Assembly: GCA_963790475.1 (NCBI GenBank)
Contig: CAWBOS010000010.1
Span: 352,001 to 416,000, forward strand
Source: an uncultured delta proteobacterium
GTDB lineage: Bacteria > Desulfobacterota > RBG-13-43-22
Direction: 5' to 3'
DNA length: 64,000 nt
Part shown: in pieces, positions 1 to 7,423 of the stretch
Layout: each line of letters begins with the position of its first letter
Numbering within the stretch: position 1 is the stretch's first letter
Notes under the pieces: generated by a model
What the model was told of the DNA's origin: nothing
Database searches by the model: none
What the model saw: the letters and a program-made list of their open reading frames with translations, nothing else
Program-made: the position numbers and the translations under genes

Positions 1-1279
1 CGGAGCAGCGGGAATAGACCGGATGACGGTAGAGGAGTTCGAAAAGCGAGAAAGAGAGCTTTTGCAGCTCATCGGCGAGAAGCTGAAAGCGGGCACCTAC
101 CGTTTCAAACCTGCCAGAAGAGTTCTGATTCCCAAGGAAGGCAGTAATAAGATGCGTCCCCTTGGGATACCGGTGGTCATGGATCGAATAATCAGCCAGA
201 GTATCAATTTGGTATTTGAGGGGTTGTTCGACCCGGCTTTTACGAAGTCCAATTTTGGATTTCGTCGAGGCCACAGCCAGCATCAGGCGATTAGACATGT
301 TCAGGGGATAGTGGAAGATGGATATGAATGGGCGGCATCGATAGACTTGAAGAGTTTCTTTGATGAAATCCCGCATGAACTGATATTAACACTTATACGG
401 CGGAAGATAGCCGATGAGAGGCTGGTAACGCTGATTGCAAGAGCGTTAAGGGCCGGTATCGTTATTGATGGAGAATATCAGGAAACACCCAAGGGATGTC
501 CACAAGGATCTCCGCTCTCCCCGATGCTATCGAACATTGTTTTGAATGAACTGGACTGGGAATTGGAAAAGAGAGGGCACCGGTACGGTCGATGGGCTGA
601 TGACTTCCTGATTTTACTTAAATCAGAAAGAGCGGCTGAACGGATCATGGAGGGAATAACGGCGTACCTGGAAGGGAAGCTGAGACTTCCGGTTAACCGG
701 AAAAAGAGCCAAGTAGCTCCGATTAAAGACATTCCTTTCCTGGGGTTTCAAATACTCAGGGGGAAAATCCGAGTCAGCGACAAGGCCCGGGTTAAATTTA
801 AGAATAGGATACGAGAACTAACCCGGAGAAACAATCCCTTATCTATGAACCAGGTGATCCAGGAACTCAATGAATACTTACGAGGGTGGATAGCCTACTT
901 TCGGGTCCAAGAGTTTAGCAAACCATTAGTGGAACTCGATGGCTGGATTCGGAGTCGGCTCAGATCCATGCAACTAAAGAAATGGAAAAACCCCCGCAAA
1001 TTTCAAAGGATGCTAAACCGGTCCGACTATACAGGCCGGGAAACGAACCGAGTCTGGGTCAAGATGAACAAATGGCAATCGGTCAATCGACGGGAGGTTC
1101 GTTGTGTTATGAATCTCCAATGGTTCAGAAGGCAAAGGTTGACCTTTCTAGGTGACTTCATCCAGAGGCAACTACCTCTTGAACTGAAATTCAGTCGCTA
1201 ATCGAAGAGCGGCTTACCTGGCCGGTACGAGCCGTTCTGTTGGGAGGGGGTAGGCCTTCTCGGCTACCTCCTACCAGAT
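1..1279 (+). mobile_element. Group II intron, 3' part (5' end outside window)
   Basis: RT ORF is followed by a domain V-like hairpin AGAGCGGCTTACCTGGCCGGTACGAGCCGTTCT (1206-1238, AGC triad, short stem). A domain VI-like hairpin (about 1242-1275) has a bulged A at 1273, 7 nt from the AT end at 1279. Confidence 0.9.
2..1201 (+). CDS. ltrA: Group II intron reverse transcriptase/maturase (5'-truncated by window), no endonuclease domain
   Basis: Frame open from base 2 (GAAGIDRMT = RT0). Motifs IPK..RPLGIP, GFRRG, DLKSFFD, GCPQGSPLSP, RWADD, FLGF; X domain LNEYLRGWIAYF. Confidence 0.93.
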   Translation, partial: GAAGIDRMTVEEFEKRERELLQLIGEKLKAGTYRFKPARRVLIPKEGSNKMRPLGIPVVMDRIISQSINLVFEGLFDPAFTKSNFGFRRGHSQHQAIRHVQGIVEDGYEWAASIDLKSFFDEIPHELILTLIRRKIADERLVTLIARALRAGIVIDGEYQETPKGCPQGSPLSPMLSNIVLNELDWELEKRGHRYGRWADDFLILLKSERAAERIMEGITAYLEGKLRLPVNRKKSQVAPIKDIPFLGFQILRGKIRVSDKARVKFKNRIRELTRRNNPLSMNQVIQELNEYLRGWIAYFRVQEFSKPLVELDGWIRSRLRSMQLKKWKNPRKFQRMLNRSDYTGRETNRVWVKMNKWQSVNRREVRCVMNLQWFRRQRLTFLGDFIQRQLPLELKFSR

Positions 1280-1381
1280 TCTTAATTTTTGGGACTGGCA
1301 AATTAAAACATTAGTAGGTGTACTCGCAGATTTTCGATAGGAACACATTTTGAAATATCCGTGAGGGAGGATTTTGTTTAG

Positions 1382-2067
1382 TTGATTTAGAAACCCCCGC
1401 CCTAAGGGCGGGGTCATGTGGACTGGCTATGCCGGTCCCGAATGGGCTTGGCTGAAAGCCCACCCACTGCTATTTTTTCCATCGAGTTGTTGCCGCAACA
1501 TCGAAAGAAAGGAGATAGCAGTGAGTAGATTCCGAAAATTATCACATACCATATGGCATTGTCAGTATCATATTGTCTGGGTTCCGAAATATCGCTATCA
1601 GATATTGGCTGGGAACATCGGGGAAACGATGGCCAGCGGGATCCAAGCGATTTGCGGGTATGCGGGTTGTGAAGTTAACGAGTTGAATGTTCAAAAGGAT
1701 CATATTCATCTGGTAGCCATGGTTCCGCCCGAAGTATCGATATCGGACTTGATGGGGCGGGTCAAGGGTCAGACATCGATGAAAATGTTTAACCAGTATC
1801 GGCAGTTGCGGAAGAAGCCGTATTGGGGTAATCATTTTTGGACCCCGGGGTATTGTGTGGATACCGTTGGAATGGATGAGGAACTGATCCGGAAGTATGT
1901 CCGGTATCAAGAGGAAAAAGAAAAACAGTTCGAACAATTGCACTTGAATTTGTAGATCATCCATAACGCGGCACAACTCGGAAGCCCTGCCTCCTCAGGG
2001 GGCAGGGCCATTGCCCCCCTATGGGGGGCCCAGTTAAAGCCACGCCCTATGGGCGTGGATTATTTAC
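1382..2067 (+). mobile_element. IS200/IS605-family element A (tnpA only)
   Basis: Left hairpin CCCCGCCC-TAA-GGGCGGGG preceded by guide AAAC, predicting target TTAG (1378-1381). Right hairpin CCACGCCC-TAT-GGGCGTGG preceded by AAAG, predicting end TTAC (2064-2067). Ends inferred with the IS608 guide/cleavage pairing rule. Confidence 0.85.
1521..1955 (+). CDS. tnpA: Y1 HUH transposase TnpA
   Basis: YHIVWVPKYR, DHIH (HUH), KGQTS, FWTPGY, YVRYQ. GTG start at 1521 after AAGGAG. Confidence 0.95.
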   Translation: MSRFRKLSHTIWHCQYHIVWVPKYRYQILAGNIGETMASGIQAICGYAGCEVNELNVQKDHIHLVAMVPPEVSISDLMGRVKGQTSMKMFNQYRQLRKKPYWGNHFWTPGYCVDTVGMDEELIRKYVRYQEEKEKQFEQLHLNL

Positions 2068-2219
2068 TCCTTCCTGAAAGTTTCGCATGATAAGTTCCAC
2101 AAAAAAACACCTATTCCCCGATGGAGCTTCATATGACCCTGACCTAAATCATAAGTCCAACCCCCGCCTCATCATAATTTTTAGTTGCAAATTTTTCTCT
2201 TTAAAGCGATGATTATTGC

Positions 2220-3092
2220 TTGGAGAGTCCAATGGCTATTTTAATCGACAGAAGAAACCATCCAAGATACCCGATTAACCTTCCTGTTTTTATCTTCTAC
2301 GCAGAAAAGAGGGCTGTGGCCCACACTCTGGATGTGGGACTGGGAGGAATGAAAATATATACTGACAAGGTTTTCCCTTCCCGACGAGGTTTTTTATTTC
2401 ATTTAGTTCTGCAACGAAAAACCATTTGGGTTACGGGACGATTCATTTTCAAACAAACCCAGCCCGAATTGGTGAATTTCTCCTGTATTAAGTTTGAAGA
2501 TATTACGAAAGAATGCTTTCTTGATCTGAAGGAATTTCTCTCGCACTCGCAAAATTTATTGAAGAAAGAGTCCCTTGATATGGAGGTTCGAATCAGGGAA
2601 AAGGAGACTGCATTGGCGAAAGCCAATGAATTGCTGAAGGTTGAAACTGAAAGAAGGAAGAGAGAGGAGCAGGTTATCAAGGAGGTGGGGGAGCGACTTG
2701 GGTATTTATTATCGCTATTTTCGGATGATCGAGAAAAAAGAATAAGAATGACCGTCCGAGGGCTTGATGACCGTATTGAGGCCTTGCTATTGGCGATCAC
2801 TAATGGGCTTAAAAATCTTTACCTCCTTTTGAAGGAGGGGAATGTTGCTGGCCAGATCTCTTTTGAGCAGATCATTTTCAGCATTCAAAACAATTATAAA
2901 GAGATCCGGAGGGTTCTGGAGAACTTAGGGCCATCCATTTTGGATGAGCTCGGAATATTGGGAACTATTGGCTTGCAATGCCAGGAGCTTCAGAATATTT
3001 ATTATGGAATCCAGAACGAAAAGGAAGAGGATGTCCTGGAAGATACCGGGTCCGGGAAAATTCTATATATACAAGGCCGAAAAGCCACATGA
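2220..3092 (+). CDS. PilZ domain fused to a degenerate HisKA_3-like helical region; no ATPase domain
   Basis: RRNHPRY and DVGLGG PilZ motifs, then a coiled coil. RGLDD replaces RELHD; LGPSILDELG resembles LRPSxLDDLG. Confidence 0.7.
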   Translation: MESPMAILIDRRNHPRYPINLPVFIFYAEKRAVAHTLDVGLGGMKIYTDKVFPSRRGFLFHLVLQRKTIWVTGRFIFKQTQPELVNFSCIKFEDITKECFLDLKEFLSHSQNLLKKESLDMEVRIREKETALAKANELLKVETERRKREEQVIKEVGERLGYLLSLFSDDREKRIRMTVRGLDDRIEALLLAITNGLKNLYLLLKEGNVAGQISFEQIIFSIQNNYKEIRRVLENLGPSILDELGILGTIGLQCQELQNIYYGIQNEKEEDVLEDTGSGKILYIQGRKAT

Positions 3093-3179
3093 CTACTTTC
3101 TGAACGCCTAAAGCCTCATCTTTTTAAATAATAAAAGACTTTAAGTGGTAGTCAACGCAAGTGGTTTAATTTTCATAAT

Positions 3180-3811
3180 TTCTTTTAGGTAAACCCCCGG
3201 CTCGGCCGGGGGACTCCCAGAGTTTGACAATTCCGGGAGAATAAGAAAGCCTCCAACCTGTGAACCGCTCAAGTTTACAGAGGAGGAGGCTTTCCATGAA
3301 AAAGGAACAAAGTTTAACCCATACGAAGTGGGAATGCAAATACCATATTGTCTGGATACCGAAGTATCGGAAGAAAAAATTATACGGGCAAGTACGAAAA
3401 TATTTAGGGGCGCTATTCAAGGACTTGGCCATCCAGCGTGAATGTACGATTATCGAAGGGCATTTACAACCGGACCATGTCCACATTTTAATCTCGATAC
3501 CTCCGAAATATGCTGTTTCGCAAGTAGTTGGGTATCTCAAAGGCAAAAGCGCCATTCAAGTAGCCCGAGCCTATTTGGGGCGAAGAAAGAATTTCAGTGG
3601 CCAGAATTTTTGGGCTCGGGGTTATTTTGTTTCAACCGTGGGCAAAGACGAAGATGAAACACGGTTATATATAAAGACTCAAGAAAAGGAAGATCAACGT
3701 CTCGATCAACTCCTTTTGTTCGATGAAGAACCACCTTCAGGTGGTCAATAAATAATCCGCTTTGAGCGGTTCACAATTTCAAGCCTCCGGCTTTGCCGGA
3801 GGTCTGGTGAC
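3180..3811 (+). mobile_element. IS200/IS605-family element B, copy 1 (tnpA only)
   Basis: Near-identical to 42350-42981. Shared sequence starts at target TAAT (3176-3179) and ends at TGAC. Terminal hairpins CCCCCGGC..GCCGGGGG and CCTCCGGC..GCCGGAGG have guides TAAA and CAAG. Confidence 0.95.
3296..3751 (+). CDS. tnpA: Y1 HUH transposase TnpA
   Basis: YHIVWIPKYR, DHVH, KGKS, FWARGYFVSTVG, YIKTQ. ATG after GGAGG. Confidence 0.95.
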   Translation: MKKEQSLTHTKWECKYHIVWIPKYRKKKLYGQVRKYLGALFKDLAIQRECTIIEGHLQPDHVHILISIPPKYAVSQVVGYLKGKSAIQVARAYLGRRKNFSGQNFWARGYFVSTVGKDEDETRLYIKTQEKEDQRLDQLLLFDEEPPSGGQ

Positions 3812-3999
3812 TTTTTACCAATCAAACGGTATGAATTTTATAGGAAACTAATAAATATAGGACGCAATAAAATTTAACTAGGCGGGATTTTGGGTGAGCC
3901 TGATAACCTCTCGGCTATCTAAATCTCCCAGCACTAATCCGAACCAAAGTTTGGCTATCATATTTTTTTAAGAGGAACTGATCTATTTAGGAGGACGTT

Positions 4000-5439
4000 A
4001 TGGAAAAACACGACGAAGGGATGGAGAAGCTTTTAACTATTGAAAAAACCATAACCGGAATGATTGAGTTACACAGTCTGGTTGTTGAATTGAAGGAATT
4101 GGAATCTCAGCAACAGAGGATCATTGAAGACCTTCAGAGGAATGTTAACAAATACAGGACCTTTCTCCAAAATATTCCTATAAGACTCTTTATCAAGAAT
4201 ATGGATCTATCCTATATATACTGCAATCAGATTTATGCGGATGACCTAAAAAAACAACCCGAAGAAATTGCCGGAAACACGGATCGGGACTTCTTCCCGT
4301 CCGATGTGGCTGTAAAATTCATAGGAGACGACAAAAGGGTTCTCGAATCCGGTGAGATTAAAAATATCGAAGACAAATATCTCATAGGGGGTCAGGAGTC
4401 TATCGTTCATATGGTCAAATCTCCTCTCCGGGATGAAAACGGGAACATTGTTGGCTTGATGGGCATATTCTGGGATATCACAGAAGAGAAACACAAAGAA
4501 GAAGAAGCCATGAAATCCCATGCTCTTCTCGAAGGTCTTTTATCCAACCGAACAGATGAACTGGAAAAAACAACCCAGCGACTTCAATTGGAAAATTCAG
4601 AACGCCAACAAGTGGAGGAGAGGCTCAGACAAACGGATGAAATCCGTCAGACCATTTTTGAAGGGACGGGTGCAGCCCTCGCCGTCCTCAGTGAAGAGGA
4701 CATGATCATACTGCAGGCCAACAATAAACTTGAGGAAGTCCTGGGAATCTATCGGGAAGAGATGGAAAACAAGAAATCCCTGTGGGAATTCATCGCCGAT
4801 GGTGATTTAGAAAGAATAAAGGAGCAGTGTCTGATCGTCAGATCGGGTTCGGATGCCAATCCCGGGGGCAGGGAATATCGGTTCGTTGACCAGCAAGGGA
4901 ATGGGAAAGTCATCTTTGTGACCATGGCCCTGATTCCGGGTACCAGGAGAATTACGGCCTCTTTTCTCGATGTCACTGAACGCAACCATATGCAGAAGGC
5001 CCTCCAGCGGTCGGAAGAAAAACATCGATGGTTGGTCGAAAAGGCCCCTGTGGCCATCGGCGTGATTCAGAAGGGTGTATTTAAATTTATCAACCTCAAG
5101 GTCATTGAGATATTCGGATATTCACAAGAGGAGCTCGCTTCACGGCCAGTGTTGGAATTCATTCATACCGATGACAGGGGGATGGACAAACTCCTGTTCA
5201 AAGAATCAAACGATGGGGAACTTCCTCACCTCTTTTTCTTCAAGATCGTCCACAAGGATGGAACTATCCGATGGGTTGAGGATAGGGTGGACTTGATTCA
5301 TTGGGAAGGAAGCCCAGCGACCATAAATTTTTTCACTGATATCACTTTACGAAAGCAGGCCGAGGACGAATTGCTAAGTTCCATCCAGCCCTTTCGCGCC
5401 CTGATTGAAAAGGCACAAAGGGTCATGACTACTGAGTAA
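4000..5439 (+). CDS. Multi-PAS sensory protein (about 3 PAS domains plus coiled coils) with no output domain
   Basis: PAS/PAC ends WDITEEK, DVTERN, DITLRKQAE. Strong RBS AGGAGG. Stops about 25 aa after the last PAS. Confidence 0.85.
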   Translation: MEKHDEGMEKLLTIEKTITGMIELHSLVVELKELESQQQRIIEDLQRNVNKYRTFLQNIPIRLFIKNMDLSYIYCNQIYADDLKKQPEEIAGNTDRDFFPSDVAVKFIGDDKRVLESGEIKNIEDKYLIGGQESIVHMVKSPLRDENGNIVGLMGIFWDITEEKHKEEEAMKSHALLEGLLSNRTDELEKTTQRLQLENSERQQVEERLRQTDEIRQTIFEGTGAALAVLSEEDMIILQANNKLEEVLGIYREEMENKKSLWEFIADGDLERIKEQCLIVRSGSDANPGGREYRFVDQQGNGKVIFVTMALIPGTRRITASFLDVTERNHMQKALQRSEEKHRWLVEKAPVAIGVIQKGVFKFINLKVIEIFGYSQEELASRPVLEFIHTDDRGMDKLLFKESNDGELPHLFFFKIVHKDGTIRWVEDRVDLIHWEGSPATINFFTDITLRKQAEDELLSSIQPFRALIEKAQRVMTTE

Positions 5440-5804
5440 TACCTTGGGCTTTTTTATCAGTTTGTCCGCTTAAGTGCCCTACCTCTATAAATTGATGGAA
5501 AAATCGTGCACATTAATTGGGTAGGCCAACCATTTCTTCCATCTTCTATGCCTAATCATTAATTTTCAGGACTCCCTTTTTGCATGAATTGCAGGTGAAG
5601 TCGCAAAAAGGGTTATCTTGACAAGGGACATTGTGGGATTGGGGTCACCCGTTAGAAGGCCACCTTGCAAGAGAAAAAAGTTTTCCGTATGCAAGAAAGA
5701 ACAATTTTCTTGTAGTGCAGGGACGTGTTAGAACTGCCTTCCGGTTTCCCACGTCTTCACCCTTGCTTAAATTTCAAATCTTCATTCCCTTCCTGCATCA
5801 AGTG

Positions 5805-5813
5805 TGATATAAT
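5805..5813 (+). promoter_or_regulatory. Extended -10 promoter (TG-n-TATAAT) upstream of the acyl-CoA ligase alpha gene
   Basis: TGATATAAT about 80 nt upstream of ATG 5896. Confidence 0.4.
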
Positions 5814-5895
5814 CTGTGGCAAGATTCAGGTGATAAGGCTCGTAAAACATTCGCTCCTGGAAAAAATTATATTATTGTGAAAATTCGGAGGTAAC

Positions 5896-7395
5896 ATGTC
5901 AAAAGATCCATCTTTAAATTTAAACGAATTATTCTACCCTAAAAGCCTGGCCGTGGTGGGGGCTTCTCCCAAAAGAGGGTACCTGAACCGATGGGGCGGG
6001 AACACCTTTATTGAAGGAGCGATCAATCTCAACTTTCAGGGGAACATCTATCCGGTCCACCCCAAAGCGGAAACCATCCTTGGTATCAAGGCTTATAAAA
6101 GTGTCCGGGATATCCCGGGTGAGATCGATCTCGTGATATTCAGTATTCCCTTCTCGGCCGTGCTGCCGGTTATGGAAGACTGCGTGGCCAAAAAAGTCAA
6201 GTTCGTGCATCTTTTTACGGCCGGGTTCAGCGAGACCGGTCGGCCGGAGCTGGCGGAAATTGAAAGGAAATTGATCGCCCTGGCCAAGGAAGGCGGGATC
6301 AGGATAATCGGACCTAACTGCATGGGTCTTTATTGCCCCGAGGGGGGACTGGCCTGGACCAGCGAATTCCCAAGAACACCCGGATCCATTGGCTTTGTTT
6401 CTCAGAGCGGACAGTTGGCCGGGCATTTTGTTCAGGAAGGCGGGGACCAGCGCCTGCGTTTCAGTAAAGTAGTCAGTTTCGGGAATGCTGCCGATCTCAA
6501 AGCCCATGATTTTCTGGAATATCTGGCTGATGATGATAAGACCGATATCATCGGGGCCTATATCGAGGGCCTGAAAGACGGGCGTGCTTTTTTCGAAGTG
6601 GCCGGGAAAATAACCCGAAAAAAACCAATGGTAGTCTGGAAAGGCGGTCAGACCGAAGGCGGCGCCAGGGCCACCCAGTCCCACACCGGCTCCCTGGCCG
6701 GATCCATGCAAATTTGGAAGGCCCTCTGCCGGCAGACGGGTATCATCTCCGTCAATTCGTTGGAGGAGCTTATCGCCACGATCGGGGCGATACAGAGACT
6801 GCCCCTGCCCACCGGCTTGAACGTCGCCATCCTGGGCGGGGCTGGCGGCGGCTCGGTGACCATGACCGATTTGGCTGAAAAAGAAGGATTAAAGGTCCCC
6901 CACCTGACCGATAAGACCATTAGTGCCCTTGAGGAGTTCGTACCGGTTCAGGGAAACAGTGCCAAAAATCCTCTCGATATTTTGGGGGCCCTGCTTGGTG
7001 GAGGAGCAAAGGTATTTGGAAGGCTATTTGAACTTCTGCGGGATGATCCCAATATCGACGCCCTCATCTTCTCTCAAAATATCGATATGTTTTTCAGAAG
7101 ACTCGACCGTTCCTTCCTTGATGATTTTATTAGAATGACGGTTACCGGCATGACCCAATTGGGAAAACCCCTTTATCTCGTCCTGGGAAAATCCCGGTCC
7201 CTGGAAGGAGAAGCTTTGCGCCAGGATGTGGAAACAAGGTATCACCATTATAAAATGGCGACCTTTTCCTCTTTTACCTTGGCCGCCCGCGTATACCATA
7301 ACATGAAAATTTACAAGGATTTTCTTTCTTCCCATAACATTCCCATTCCCGAGTTTCCTCTCAAACCGGACCTCTGGGTTGACCTGCCCGAATAA
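5896..7395 (+). CDS. Acyl-CoA synthetase (NDP-forming) alpha-subunit-like CoA-binding protein
   Basis: PKSLAVVGAS, GPNCMG, SQSG, GNAADL, SHTGSLAG (phospho-His), NPLD. Confidence 0.88.
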   Translation: MSKDPSLNLNELFYPKSLAVVGASPKRGYLNRWGGNTFIEGAINLNFQGNIYPVHPKAETILGIKAYKSVRDIPGEIDLVIFSIPFSAVLPVMEDCVAKKVKFVHLFTAGFSETGRPELAEIERKLIALAKEGGIRIIGPNCMGLYCPEGGLAWTSEFPRTPGSIGFVSQSGQLAGHFVQEGGDQRLRFSKVVSFGNAADLKAHDFLEYLADDDKTDIIGAYIEGLKDGRAFFEVAGKITRKKPMVVWKGGQTEGGARATQSHTGSLAGSMQIWKALCRQTGIISVNSLEELIATIGAIQRLPLPTGLNVAILGGAGGGSVTMTDLAEKEGLKVPHLTDKTISALEEFVPVQGNSAKNPLDILGALLGGGAKVFGRLFELLRDDPNIDALIFSQNIDMFFRRLDRSFLDDFIRMTVTGMTQLGKPLYLVLGKSRSLEGEALRQDVETRYHHYKMATFSSFTLAARVYHNMKIYKDFLSSHNIPIPEFPLKPDLWVDLPE

Positions 7396-7423
7396 ATTTA
7401 GGAAAAAAGGCCTGTTATTGATC

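Noticed and set aside
1956-2067. TnpB/omegaRNA module in the IS200/IS605 elements
   Set aside because: No tnpB or iscB ORF or remnant between tnpA and the right end in either element; the hairpins are explained as end and trailer structures.
5440-5895. Riboswitch or sRNA in the long intergenic regions (also 48970-49487 and 23746-24030)
   Set aside because: No recognisable conserved aptamer motif by eye; an Rfam/Infernal scan would be needed.
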